DNA of 64,000 nucleotides, from NCBI GenBank assembly GCA_963924565.1, contig OZ004609.1, positions 27,342,001 through 27,406,000 on the forward strand. Reading direction: 5' to 3'. Shown here piece after piece: positions 35,191-49,087 of this stretch; the first letter of the stretch is position 1, and each line of letters starts with the position of its first letter. Below the pieces are notes generated by a model. The model did no database searches. It saw nothing but the letters and a program-made list of their open reading frames with translations, and was not told where the DNA came from. The translations under genes were made by a program, and so were the position numbers. This DNA is from Ascidiella aspersa. Lineage: Eukaryota.

Positions 35191-38100
35191 CTATAAGTTG
35201 TGTAATACATTTACAATAATACAATTTGACGAGCTTATAAATTAAAAAACAACTTAACGTTTCTATGAAAAACTGTATTTATCATTCACTGTAGCAGAGC
35301 GTGACTTTATACAACCAGTAGGCGACGCTGTTCGAATAAATTACTCTCACTATTGTCGTTGGTTTTATTAAATTCAAAGGTTAATATTAATATAGGTAAG
35401 ACAGGATTGAAAATAACCCATTTAAACCCGCTGTAACAGTGTATCTTATAAACAAAAAATCGTGTCACGTCTTTACTATTAACCATTCCAAAACCTTTTA
35501 TTCTGCGCTGCGTTTCACCTATTAAAACTTCATGCGGCAATTTATATTTTATTATATAGTAATATAAAGATCATTTTGTGTTAAATTTGTGAACGCCTGT
35601 GTGAGCCAGTCTACCAATCGTGTTTTTTAACATTAAGTTTAGACGAAATTTCAGAAAATTGGTAAAACCAACATCATTCACTTATATCAGTAGTTTCCAA
35701 CTGGGTGTCATTTTTATAGCTCAAATGCGCTTAGAACAGAGGCGCACAAAACAGGTTTGAATCTTCCAAATAAATTTAACTATCTGTTGAATGTCTTTTT
35801 TGATGTTACTTTGCCAAATAGGTATATATAATCATGGATAAAGAGGTACAATTCTTTAAACGCTGATCTCCAATTGTATTGTACTTTTTGTCTTCTTTTT
35901 GAGGGATGAAATAATAAACGAAATTGCGTGGTGTTCTTAATTACTTTTGTACGGCGCCGCATCGAAACATAATTTTGTGACGTGACGTTTTAAAGTTACT
36001 TCGTAAAATCACATTTGTCCAAACTGCGGCCGTTTGGGAGCACGTGTGGACTACTTTTTAGCTCAAGCACAACATTTAAAAAACTGCGTACGTGGTACCA
36101 AAATTGAGGGAACACCGATGACAACTCTATGGGCATGTCGCTCTATATTTATTCTATTTTAGTTGCATTGATGGGTGAAATACAACGCTTTTGCTTTGGA
36201 GCCGCACTCGGGACACGACGTTTTTGATAAATTTGGAGAGAGTCGGGCTTGAGTCGCTTGCAACCATAAATTTAAGTTGTGTTGATGTAATGATGCGCTT
36301 ACTGGGTATCGAATTTGTCGTTCGAATGTTGGTCTTTCATTTTCGAACGTTTTGGAAAAGGTCTGCTCTGTGTTTAATATTTTTCCATAAGCTGTAATTC
36401 TAGATCACAACATGTGATGCACAGTTAAATATGTTTATTCGTAATAATTTTACAAGTCGGTTGTACTGTCATAAAGAATGATACTCGATTGTAACGAAAA
36501 TACAGATTTACAAATACGAAAAAGCGAAAAGAAATCAAGATATATTGTGCTTGCATGAAGTAAGGTCGTCAAAACACTTAAGAACCCTTATGGCCATAAA
36601 AAGGGACAGTAATGTACAATTGCAATATGGATGTTTGATCAATCGCGTGAAATTTTAGCTTTGCATAAAGTAGCAGTGTTAACAGGTAGGTTTGTTATTT
36701 GATAAATCATCTAAGTACAAATTCGTTTTACAAATACAAAGTAATATATCAGCACCAAGTCAAGCTCCATTTCAGTCTAAGGTCATAACCATCACAAGCC
36801 AAGTTTTGTCTGAATGACTTAAGCAAGCCTTTGGTCCAGCTGATTTAAATTACAGTAATGCAATCTAAAATCGTGGACCTTGAACAGCATAACACCAAAA
36901 AAGGAAACAATTATAACGCAAACAGCTTTGAAGTGAATCATAGTAATCCGCTTTAAAAAATTGCGAGTTTCAGGCGGGGAATAAGAGTTAAAATGCACCA
37001 GTTGGCGAAACAGTTATTCTCTCTATTTATTGAATAATATATTTTCATTTCCAAACCTTAAATTAAAAAAAAAATGATTTGATTTAAAATAATTTATTTC
37101 ATTTTCTTAGAAACGTTAATTTTCAGGCTTTGCCCTAACGGTTAATTAGGCTTTGTCCTTACAGTGTAAAATGCGCATAATAACACTTGCAAAATTGTCG
37201 AACAACATATTTAAAAAAATACTTGGAAGAGCATAATACTTCACTAAAGATTTAAAATTAGGTGTTCGACTAGCGTAATTGGATCTAAGTATACTATTCG
37301 TTATTAAAATAACACTCTTTCATGTACAAGCAAATGTAAAATCTTTTTCTGGTCATGTAAGAAACTATATATTAAATTGAAGAGAAAATTAATAAAAAAG
37401 ATATTATAAAAGTTACAAATTATGAAAATCACGAATGTGAGCATAAAATAGAGTCTAACAAAAAATACTTATCTAAAGCCTAAGTGCATGAGATAAGGCA
37501 TGTTGAGAAATCACGTAAATTATAAAAGGAAATCCCTATATACGTCATGTCATGGCGAGGCACAATGTAACACTGCAAAGTCAACAGTTTAAGGTACATT
37601 TGAACGTAACACAAATTACAAGATAACAATATGACATGGCTACGGTAAACGCAGTTACAATAATAGTCCTCATTCATTTTGAAAAATCTTTACAGTCTTA
37701 AATTGGATGAAAGGTACTCACGGTCGCTATTCCATGCCTCACACCGGCACACATTCCCTTTACACAAAAGGTGTATTAGTGTAGAGCAGTGGTTCCCGAC
37801 GGGAGCCGTGGTACGCTGGGGTGCCAAGATACTATAAAAATTTACCTGGATTTCTAGTTTAGCTTTTTGTAAGCTTTTTGATATTCAGTAATGTGATTTT
37901 TATTCGGTCTATTGTGACATTTTACTAAAGCACATGGCAAAAATGCTACCAAGGGTGCCACGAACTAAGCATAGTTTATATAGGGGCCGTACGCTCATAA
38001 AGTTCGAGTACCAATGGTATCTGAATCGAAAAGTAAATTACAGAAAGCGTATTGGACGCTAGAGTTTACAGGCTTTACCGCATGCCGTGATTATCGCCGG

Positions 38101-38258
38101 CGACGCAGCAATGCAATCCAAGCGACCGATCAGTGATATTGGCAGATTGCAGACGCGCCATAACACACAGAATGACGAAAAACACATTTCGGGATTCGAC
38201 TACTCTTATTGGTTGGGGCAGGTTAGGCAAACCCTCAAAGCGGTTTCATCCGGGTACG

Positions 38259-41200
38259 TTATTGCGTCGCCGGCGTCGAGTGGTCCATTAAAGGCTTTCG
38301 TTCGTCGCTTTCCGAATCTTCGCTCCTTGACTTGCGTGTACAGTGCCTCCATAGCCTCTGCAGCAGTCGCAGGCCCAGCTAAAGGCAAAATATAACGTCG
38401 GGCGTTAACTAGGGACAGCTTGTTTGTCCTCTGCGACAGTTAAAGAATCCATTTTAAAGGCCTTTTTAGGAGACACGAGGAGTTGCAGTGACGACAGGGG
38501 TCAGAAATCCAAAAAGGGGGTGTCCCGAATTGTCAACAAAGGAAATTCCCTTATTTTCCGTCACGTTAATATATAATGACGTCATAAAATAGTGACGGGT
38601 ATGACGTCATAAAAACATTTATTTTAATGACGTTAAAAATAGGAAAAAACTATAATCAGAAAGAGCCAATGAACATTCAGAAAAAGCGAACCTTATGATG
38701 CAAAGAGAACACGTGCGTACTCGACACTTCTGGCGGGTGCCAGCTGCGAAACCGCTTAGTGTGTAATCGTTACCTTTAGGCGAAAAACTAAACCACGACA
38801 GTAAAATATGTGTGAATAATTTTAGTAGAATCATAATTCGACTTTCAGAAGCGCAGTTTGCTAAGTTTCATGCAAAGGACTACGCTAAATTACAAGCACA
38901 TCTTTCGCCAACTGCAATACTTAACGAAGATTGTTTTTCCCAGGTGTTATTATGCCACGATTAGAGCAACATCTGCGCGGACTGTGTGCCAAGTCAGCTA
39001 AAATATAAGCTGCGGTTGATGGAAAATAAGTTGTGTCAATTGCACACTAAACAAGCGCTCTTAAAATGTGCATTTCGAGGAAAAAATGGCGACTTTTAAA
39101 CGCGCACGACAGACATATCTGCTTCAGTTAAAAAATGCCATTCCATCAAATATTTCTGCAGACAGCGAACCGCGAGGAACATTAGCTGCGCCTAACCTCA
39201 CGTTTTTAGAGAGAAAAAATAAAGGTTTGACTTGGCGTTATCAATTTTCCTCGAACACACAGTTGCTATTAGCGGACCTGAACGTATAACTAAAAACAAA
39301 AATTATCCTGCGTTAACGGTCGACCGCTGTGCAAACAAGAGACGAAAAACGCCGGTTTGTGCTTGTGGTTTCGCATTAGCATAAGACGCGAGACCCAATT
39401 GCATCAAAAAAAGCTAAATCCTGACAAATCGACAAAATCACTTACAAATAGGAGAGTCCGAACCCCTAAAACACCGTGTGCTAGTGAAAATTTTCCAGCA
39501 CTAAACTAGTCAAAAAAATACGTACATCACCATGGCAGTTTACCTTATATGCTTAGATGTTGTGCTATTTTTGTAAACTTTTGACAGGCGTAAGCGCTTT
39601 TATTTCTACCACATATTTTCAGAAAAAAGAGCGGAAAAAAAGAAGAAAAAAATTACCAGGGTTAGGCAGAGAACCGAACAAGCACTGCAAGCGCCCTGAA
39701 AGGACATGGACTCGACCAGCACCCCTCCAAGCGTCGGCCCAGCAATGTCGCCCACCGAGAAGGCCATGTTCCACAGGCCAGATACCAGGCCGTACTGGGC
39801 AAGCACCGATTCATGCAGCTTAAGTTCACTGAAATCGAGAAAGCAAAGGTTCATATACACAGGCCGGAAATTGTAGCAATTATCGAAGGCAACTTCTTAA
39901 AACACACTTGTATTTTACCCATTTTACTAAACGTGGTCATGTTGTTTCAGGTAAATGTTTGTGGCAAGCCGAATTTACTGAAAATGTGTTGCGGTAAAGG
40001 CCCCCATAATTAGGATAAGATGGATTGGTTCTGTTAGGCACATTGAATGGCACGAGACCACTATTTTCAACATAAATCTTGCAATACAAACTAAGATTTA
40101 AAGTAGTTTTATAAATGCATAACCTGCTTCGAGCGAAATATTACCCAAATATGTGTTGGTCGATTTGCAACTTATTGACAGGCGAGAGATTCGCTCTTGT
40201 TCAAACAAAAACGCAACGAGAAACATGCCATTCACATGCGTTTCAAGAACTTTGCAAGCCGCAAACGAGAGCAGCGGATTTGTGACAAAGGGCCCAGTCA
40301 TGATAAGAGCACTGCATTCTCGCTACAGTCCAGCAATGATAATTTAATATAAAATAATGGACTGCATTTGGACGATGCAAAATACTCCAAATAAACCCGC
40401 TTTTTTTCTACCACTTATTATTTCCAAATCGCAAGTTGCACATATAATATATTCATCGGGAAAATAAAGCAGGCCAGTGTCAACTGGTCATGGGTTGAAT
40501 GGAGGACAAAGTCATAACTAACAAATGCAGTCGGTAAACAAGGACAACCCATTAAGTAGTGTGCTGTATGTCGCATATGTTTTGGCAACAAGTATAGCCA
40601 TGTCGCATTCTAGCACAATGCTTGGGCCGAGCAATAAAGCAATAAAAGATTTCACACGGATGTCCGCCCGCGAGGCCGCCACCCACGGACACGGTTTAGT
40701 TATTATCAAGCTATAACGGAGACTCATTAACACACACGGTGCTTTGATGTACCAGTGCGGGAAAATTTGCTCGATCAGCGGTACGATGTGCGCACGCGCG
40801 GTGCAACTGACACGCTCGATTTCGTAACTGGCGATTTGTTCCGTCAGCAAAACTTGCACAAGGTAGAATCTGAAATTAAAACTGTGACGCGGCGTGCTTG
40901 GGTGGGGCGAAGGTGAACACGATTGCGAAACGTGAATACGACTATTTCGAAAGCGTACCACGATTATTGGAATTTTCAAGAGGCATTGGGGTATGTTTCG
41001 CAATAGAGAAATAAATGAGCTTGGTATGTGTTTCCACAACAGAATCTTGCCCTCCATCAGAACACATAATGCCACTGATAAAAGTTCCAAAATTTAATAA
41101 TAGCTTAAGAAGCGCACCGCTTCGAACAAAAATCAGTCAGCAAGGTCTTAAACTTTTAATGTAAATATGCATTTCGCCATATAAATAAATGGCACAATCA

Positions 41201-44200
41201 GTTTCTCCTAATTCGAATGAATCTATATAGTTTATCTCATGAATTCATTCGAGATTTTGCGATGACGTCGTATACCAGCCGACGACAAAAACGCCACACT
41301 TGTTACTTAACGGCATTTTATCGTTAATTTATTTTTTAAATGAACTTTCTAAACGAGTTTATGTCACTAAAATTGAAGCAAGTGCTTCATTTGGGGCACG
41401 GTCTCACCAAACTACGGCAATCGGTTAATATTATTAGCACTTTATTAACAGTGTTTGTCAGATGCAAATCAACGATAAACTTGAAAAACAAATTTATAAA
41501 GATTTTTGGAAACTATTTTTTGTTTTCTTCGTTTAATAATAATTAAGATAACGAAGCTGGACACAAAATTTCACATCCGTTCCGCGATTTTCAATCTTTA
41601 CAATTATGCATCCGTTTATATGAAAAAAATTACGGCGACCCTCGATTTAGAAGGGCACTCAGGAATACGCCCGGTCTTGGTCGCTGTTCGTTAAACGAGC
41701 TTAACGGGCCCTTACTTTGCCGCGAGCAGCATCTCATTGTAGGTCGGCATCAGAGCAGCGCCGCAAAACGATCCGTTCACTATCGCGGCAACGAAGAGCA
41801 GCCAGAGCTTTTGGTGGCCCCAGCCAAGCAGCGTTTTGAAGAACTGTACCGGGCCGACAAGTGCCATTCCGACCGCCATCCCGGCCATTCCCGCTTCCAT
41901 CAGGTAAGAGTTGCGCCTGCCAAACAATCAAACTTAAACAACATCGCTTTCGTGTTATGTTTGGGCTTTATATCTGTCGGTCTAAGGCAGTGTTTCTCAA
42001 ACTTTTTTCGCGGCGACACAAGTATTAAGTGAGGTATAACAGCAAAGCTTTGGCGAACCAATTCTCTTCGTTAAACTTTTCAATCGACTAAAAATAAGTC
42101 ACTAGCAGAACTAATTTGGTTCAAATCTGATTTAGGACCAATCTCAATTATTCTAACGAAATAATATACTGCAGTGGGCGACCCAAAAAATTAAACAGCA
42201 ACCCAATTTGGGTCGCGACCCACTGGTTGAGAAACACTGTTCTAAGGTGAACAGAAAATGCTGAACTAAATTAGGTCTAGGTGTCATAACGAGGGTAAAA
42301 TCGAATCTAAATTAGTCTATTTTTTTTAATTGTGCTACAAGGGCGTATCCAGAAATCTAAAAAGGGCGGGGGTACGAATTTTTAACTTAGTGGACTCCCC
42401 GTTTTTCCGTCTGACGTTAATAGCGTCATAAAATAGTCACGGGTATGAAGTCATAAAATGGTGATTGTAATGACGCCATAATTAAATAAAACGCAAATCA
42501 AAAACCGTCCATTAACGTCCAGCAAAAGCGAAATTTTAGACGCAAAGCGAACACGTGCGTCGTCAACAATACTGCCAGGTGGCAGCTGCAAAACCGCTCC
42601 ATGCAATCGTTAACTTTAGGCGAGAAAGTAGACCTAGACCTTGAAATATGTGTGATTTATTTCGGTAGATCCATGTACGGGACTAGCTAAATTACAAGAA
42701 CGTCTGTCGCCACCTGCAAAGGAACATCAGCTGCGCCCAACTCAACGTTTTTAGCGAGAAATTACGAAAACCGCTTGATTTATTGTTTTTAACTGTCAAA
42801 CACACTTGCTAAACAGCCAACCAGAACAAATAAAGATAGAGAAAAAATCCTGCGTTTACTGTCGACCAGACAAGAAACGAAAAACGGCGTTTTGCATTTG
42901 ATTTCGGTTTCGCATTAGCGACGCGTGACCTAATTACATTAAAAACATTGCCGCTTAGGACGATGAGACAAAAACGATAATATCACTAACGAGAGGGGGG
43001 CTGGATACGCCACTGATGTGCTAGAACGTACGGGCCCAATGTGGTCGCATTTGCTTTTGATAACTTCCCATACTTGAACTTTTCCCTGTGAGATTATCGC
43101 TCTACTTAAGAAAAAGTTCATTAAAAGAGAACCAGTTAAACGCAATTGTTTATTCGGAATGGTTTAATCAGATTTATAACACATTGCAAAAGCGGCCAAC
43201 ATGCACAAAAATATGTATAAAAATAAAATCTGTAATTGTTCTAAACTTGGTCAGTTTGTCGATATATTATTGTCTCATAACTTCTAAGTTATTGGCCTTT
43301 GTAACAGATGTGATAAAAGTCTGAATTGTGTGTTCACCTAAAAGTTTTAAGGACCTTAAAAACAACGAGATATTTTTTATTTTTAAAGGTCATACTTATA
43401 ACTACCCTTACCATTTGTCAGCTACAAATCCCCAGATAGGGGTCATTCCAGCGTAAAATACACTGCTTACAAGGAACACAACACCAATCATCACTGGATC
43501 CAATTGAAACTTAATTAAAACAAAATATGAGTTTTTATTTTTTCAAGTTACCATTCATAATGATCTAACTATTATAAAAAAACTCTCCACCCTTGCAGAA
43601 AGTATACGTTTTTACATCACCACTTATGGCTTGTTACAAAATAACAGTATATTAAAATGAGGCAACTAGCCTTAAGTCCCAGTGGTATAAACATGAAACT
43701 AAAATTAACCAGACGATAAATACAATACCAATAATAAATTTCTTAAAAGAGCCACTTGGCAACAGGTTTTCATAGGATGCATGGTCAAGCTAAGATTTTA
43801 TTTTTGGCCTGGTCACCTTTATTTATGAAACACTTACCTCTTCAAACAAGTATTCGGACATGTTAGCAGTGATAAAGCTGTTCACAGTGAACACAGCTAC
43901 AATAATCAAAAACGCAATGCAGGCACTGGAGTGACGCAACAAATAGATTGGCCAAACTGATGCTGATGAATTTTCCACTATTAAAAGAGAAATTATAACA
44001 AAGATTAACAAATGGGGAGTTAAACATATGTACAAGCGGTTGTGAATAAATTAAAACAAATAAAAAATTATAAAAAAATACACATATTTAAATCATATAA
44101 ATTTATATGTACCAGGAACATGTGGAAGAAATTTCCAGCACATTATCAACAGGAGTACTTGTACAGCACCTAGTACCATAAATGGGGTGATATAACCACC

Positions 44201-45621
44201 AGCCTGGAGTAAAAAGAAAACAGTTCGTTGAGAAAATGTCTGTTAAATTTTAGAAATAACTCAAAATTTTTTGATGTAAATGTTTGTTAAAAAACAACAC
44301 TTACTTCATACAAAGTACCTCCAATTAAAGGACCAACCATACCCCCTACACCAACAAGGGCCTCCGAAAGACTTAGCACTGTGATTGCACGATCGTTAAA
44401 CTCTTGGAAAACAATTGCAAACATTGCAGTAAAGGCAGTGTTACTGCCAAATCCCATCAGGGACCGTGAAGCGATACTCAGCACGAAAAACGGTGTTGGA
44501 GCCATTTTATCAAGAAATCTATACACATAAGATATACATTTTTGATTAGATATAAAATTTTATGGAAATAAAATTTATGACTTATCATCAATTCTAGTCA
44601 AATGCATTCAGTTTTGTTTTATATAGCAATGATATAACATCCATATTGTACTTTTACAGTTTTATATAATATCTTACCCAAAACATATGAGAGACCCTGC
44701 ATTCCAAAACATACCAGCAAGCACACAAAACTTTGCTCCAACGCGAACAAGCTAAAGAAATATTTAATATTTTCACCACCTTTATAAATGTTTTACATTT
44801 TATGTTACATCAGCAAATTAAATCAATCTTAACTCACCACACTTCCAATAACTAATGATGCCACGATTCCGCTAATTGAAAATGAAGAAAAAATTAATCC
44901 AATTTGCATTGGGGTAAGGCCTTTGTCAGCAGCCTGAATATAAACAATTATTATTATTCAAGCCAATCAAGTGTTGTTACTATAATTTTGCATGTGTACT
45001 ACCTACCACAACAGGATAAAAAGGAGCGATAGCTGAATATCCCATGATATCATTAAGTGATAGCAAAACCAAAGACAAAAATACTTTAAATTGTCTTTTT
45101 GTATATCCACAGATGAGTTTTTCTTTCTTTTCAGGTAAATCTTCATCATAAACCTGAAAATTTCAAGATGGAAAATAACAACCATGGGTTTCGCATATAT
45201 ATAAAATGTACTTTACCGTATGTGCACAGTCATCATTTGGCTTTACTGTTTCGCTTATTTGTTGGTACTGTTGGCAACCTTCACCATTTATGTTTATTGA
45301 ACCAACGCTTCCATATCCCTCTGAAGAAGCTTGAAGGCAGCTATGTGTAGGATAACTCTGTGAAAAATTATCATGGTCTCTTTGTTGACTTTGATAATTT
45401 TTACGCAACGAGATGGAGTTTGAACGCCGAAATACAGGTGCAATCTTTTCGACTGATGCACTTAAAGAACTGTTACGCTTCTTTTTCTGCTTTGGGATAC
45501 TAATAGTTACTGATTTTGAAATGTCATCGGGAAATACATCCGCAGATTCGCCGTTTTTGTTATCCTCTGAATTTTGTAAAAGAGGTTCAGCCAAATCATA
45601 ATCTTTGTTTATTACATCCAT
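38259..45621 (-). CDS. SLC18B1: MFS-type transporter SLC18B1-like (vesicular polyamine transporter family), 11 exons, ~585 aa
   Basis: Minus-strand exons 45621-45217, 45153-45007, 44933-44838, 44751-44678, 44518-44305, 44203-44113, 43977-43838, 43509-43412, 41916-41716, 39828-39657, 38378-38259. Motifs: YSAIAPFYP, VGAKF, FGFLD, EALVGVGGMVGPLIGGTLYEAGGYITPF, WGFVADK, YGLVSGLWNMAFSVGDIAGPTLGG. C-terminal acidic dileucine-type signal ERKPLM. Confidence 0.85.
38495..39480. mobile_element. Second, longer, degenerate copy of the 42338 MITE family (intron of SLC18B1-like gene)
   Basis: Colinear similarity to 42338-43015, e.g. GTCATAAAATAGT.ACGGGTATGA.GTCATAAAA, GAACACGTGCGT, CAGCTGC.AAACCGCT, GCTAAATTACAAG, TCCTGCGTT, GGTTTCGCATTAGC. 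Confidence 0.72.
41988..42239. mobile_element. hAT (Charlie-like) MITE
   Basis: TIRs CAGTGTTTCTCAA / TTGAGAAACACTG; flanks GTCTAAGG / TTCTAAGG (7/8). Confidence 0.8.
42338..43015. mobile_element. MITE with 8-bp TSD and GACGTCATAA internal repeats (hAT-like)
   Basis: TIRs CAAGGGCGTATCCAG / CTGGATACGCCACTG; flanks TTGTGCTA / ATGTGCTA (7/8). Related copy at 38495; related ACGTCATAA-rich fragments at ~3255-3350, ~6560-6700 (reverse) and ~15460-15570. Confidence 0.8.
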
Positions 45622-46261
45622 GTTTTTTAACAAACTTGGAATTATAAAATGGTGCTATGGCTTTTAGATAAAGATTTGAGCAAATTTAATAATATTCATT
45701 TAACACAATCCAGTAATTATCAGAAATGCACAGATTCCTTTTCCTGCATTTAAATAATTCTGTTCAGTTTTTAATAATTTCTATTTTAAGATACGGTCTA
45801 GTGAAGTTACCAAAAAATTGTCGTTTTTGGCAAATTTATCGCCCTATCTTGGCGTAGGATTTCAGCCGAAAAACTTATGGCTACAAATTATGGAATGCAG
45901 TCAGGCCTCCAGGTAAGCCCCGGCTGCCCCACTATAAAATTTTCAGAGTGTAGTATCTACAGGAGATATGTTGTTACTAAACTGAAATGTTCGCACAAAT
46001 CTTGTATTGACTTTAGTTATCCAGTGCACACACGCAAATATATCAAAATTCTGAAACGTGTATTACTATTTTTCAGCCATATTAGCATTTAATTGTTGAT
46101 GAAGATTTATCACTGAAATGTTAACGATATAAACTACTACATAGTACATACTCTTTAAGTAAATCTGGTATGTATATCAAACCAAAATATAAACTAAAAA
46201 TACCAAATTTTGGTCAACAGAAATTTTAGGTCGTGAATATTCTTTAAACGTAACTATATTG

Positions 46262-46532
46262 GGCGCTCTTTCACTATTGTACGTGAAAAGTTATGCAAAA
46301 AAAAAAATAATAATTCCGCATACCACAACGCATATTGTTTGGGTTAGGGTGCAGGTTAGCGTTTAGGTGAGGGTGGGTCAATTAATATTATGTTTATTAT
46401 TAATAATAACTTGAACCACCCTCAACCAAACGCTAACCCGCACCCTAACCCAAACAATATGGGTTGTGGTAAGCGGTATTTAAAGAAAAAAATTTTTTTA
46501 TTAATTTTTACGTACAATAGTGAAAGAGCGCC
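46262..46532. mobile_element. Near-fully palindromic Merlin-like MITE (GG...CC termini, perfect 8-bp TSD) with telomere-like motifs
   Basis: TIRs GGCGCTCTTTCACTATTGTACGT / ACGTACAATAGTGAAAGAGCGCC; perfect TSD CTATATTG at 46254-46261 and 46533-46540; inner arms CATATTGTTTGGGTTAGGGTGC.GGTTAGCGTTT / AAACGCTAACC.GCACCCTAACCCAAACAATATG. Confidence 0.88.
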
Positions 46533-46993
46533 CTATATTGTTCGCTTAAATCTGAATAGAAACGAAATTAAAGCCATTACTATGCTTCCAAAACAACATG
46601 GTTAATATCTCCGTCGTGAGTCAGTCTGAAACTATTCAAGACACAGCTGGTTTGCCTTACTTGTAATAAACACTTAGTGCGTCTGCAACCCACAGTGTAA
46701 GTGTTAACTTATTATTTTGCAAAGGTTTTTATAAATTAAATTTTGATAAAAGTTTTACAATTCTAAATAAAAACATTAAAACGAATACCACATAAAGTGT
46801 GCATAAACAATTACTTTGTTCGTCCTGTGAAAATGAAGTAAGAATTTTGAACAATTTTCTATGAATTATTGTATAAATAGAAGAGACGCATATCAAATGG
46901 TACCAAATGAAACCAAAACGTACCGAGTGAAACTCGTGAAACCATTATTGAATACCGAATTGTTTTAAAAAATAGCAGTAATTTGAAAAATAT

Positions 46994-47285
46994 CAGGCAG
47001 TCGAACCGTTTGACTTTTCCGGTTCAGGTTCGGTTCGGGTTCAACCATTTTTTCGGAATCCGGTTCAGTTCCGGTTTCGGTTCGGGGAAATTTATAAGTT
47101 TTGGCTTTCAAACATGGCGTAACTTAACTCTGTAAAATACAAGTTGTGACGTCTGCAGAGTAAACCGCTTTTATTACAGGTTCGGTTAAGGTTCATATTC
47201 ATTTAAATTATTCGGTTAGGTTCCGGTTCGGGTTCTTGAAATCTTACAAAAAACGGTTCAGGTTCGGTTACTGTTCGACTCCCTG
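46994..47285. mobile_element. hAT-like MITE with GGTTC subterminal repeats (short copy)
   Basis: TIRs CAGGCAGTCGAAC / GTTCGACTCCCTG; perfect TSD AAAAATAT; high similarity to 53587-54182. Confidence 0.88.
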
Positions 47286-49087
47286 AAAAATATTGATTGC
47301 TTCCCCAATGACTGCGAAACCTGGTCAGCCAACAGTGGAGCCGTCAGCAACGCTTACTACCTATGACCCCGGATGGAACTTTTGGTTTTCTACTAGGGAC
47401 GTATTTTACCCAGGCCCTAGCTAGTAGAAAAGCCTAAAACAGCCACAAACAAATTTAAATTTTTGCGAATTCCGATATTTACATACCGTATTGGTCTTGA
47501 ATCGGTATTATACCACCCTGAACAAAAAAATCACAAAATAAACAACGTATCGTTCGGTTATGCTAGAAGCCAAAGTAGGCTATGTATAGTCGAATATTTA
47601 AGCTGTTTCACGGGCGTGGTTTCCGCACATAAAAATGTCGCCGTTAAAATTCGAACCGACCTAACCGTTTTATAACTGAAGAAAAAAAAGAAACAAATTT
47701 AAAAACTTATCAGACCGATATAAACTTTTCAAGGCGTTGAATAAAATGTGCGCATTTCAAAGATGAATCGATCTTACTAACGGATACATTGTGGCATAGT
47801 CAGAATGAAACAAAATGTTTTTCTCAGAAAATAAATACATATATTTTTTTCCTCATAACACGCTGTAGCAATTGGTAAGATATATTCACGTAAAATTATC
47901 TCTGGGTCAAACGACAAGAGAGCTATAATTAACCCTGGCTCTAAAGTCGGTATTTAAAGATTCTCATTTTCAATTATGTACACGACCTTATTGTCGCGGA
48001 ATATCTTCGCGATAAATTCGACTTTGGTAGTATACCATTTGGTATCATTTAGGCTGTTAACTTTCGGTATTCAATACCACCCAATACAATAATTGATATA
48101 TACCACTATATACATGCTGCTTAATCGTTAAATAATTGTGTATATTTTTAAGCCAAAGGGCAATATCAGCTGGGCCGAATAGCATTTTGACTTAAAATAA
48201 TGAGGTTATTAAATTAAAGGTAAAGAGAAAAGTTAGGCTTGTTTTATTCGTAGTGTGAAATAAGTTTTAGCGCTGACATTTATTTTGTGATAGTCAGTAA
48301 AAGTCTATTTCTTTTCATGCATTTTTTATGTTTAATGTGTATGATAGTTTACCTATTGGCTTACTGCTCTACACCACCTTATAAAAAAATGGTTTTAAAA
48401 CATGACAACTTTTTTATTTGGAATATCAGGCTGAATGTACGAATTTATCTGGTATATAACTTAATCCTGGACCAACCGACATAAATCATGTTTAAATGCA
48501 AAATGTCATTCATTAATTAGAAGAATGGCTTTTATTACTTAGAAATTATATTTGGAAACATTGTAATAGATATAAAAAATAAAATTCCGTTGGAGTTGGA
48601 TTACGGATTTTAACAGCGTCGTTCACAACATAGAAATCAGCATAAAAATTGCACAACCTGCAGAAATCAAAATTACGTTTAAGGAGAAAAAGGTATTTCT
48701 GGGAAATTGCGTTAATCAAAGCCCTTGTAAAGCAATTTGCGTTTTGGGAAATGTAGATTTTTATTTTGTCATAAAGCTCAGCTTTCTCTAGCGAATTTGA
48801 ACTATTTGTTTTGGTTGTATTTTGTAAGTTAGCCACTGGTTGACATCGAAAACCAACGTAGATTCTACAATTTTGCGCGGAATTAGGCGAATACTGGGTT
48901 ACAATTTACGTGGTATGTCCGCGGGCTTTAATTACGTAACTTTACAACAACACTTAATTATTACTTCCCCTAAAAAATATTTGTCACTAAAGCTTTAGTT
49001 TTAAACGGACTTCAGCCATGAGATCGAAATAAGAATAACATCAACGTCAAAATAAAGCGCAGTTCGGAATAAATCCAAAATACGACT

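Noticed and set aside
35688-38016. Additional hAT-like termini at 35688-36117 and 37787-38016 (also ~9719, ~57472, ~61105)
   Set aside because: The termini are degenerate and I found no convincing TSD, so boundaries cannot be supported. They are probably old MITE remnants.
46262-46532. Interstitial telomere or chromosome-fusion remnant
   Set aside because: There are only isolated TTAGGG units, embedded in a TIR/TSD-bounded element, and no tandem telomeric array.
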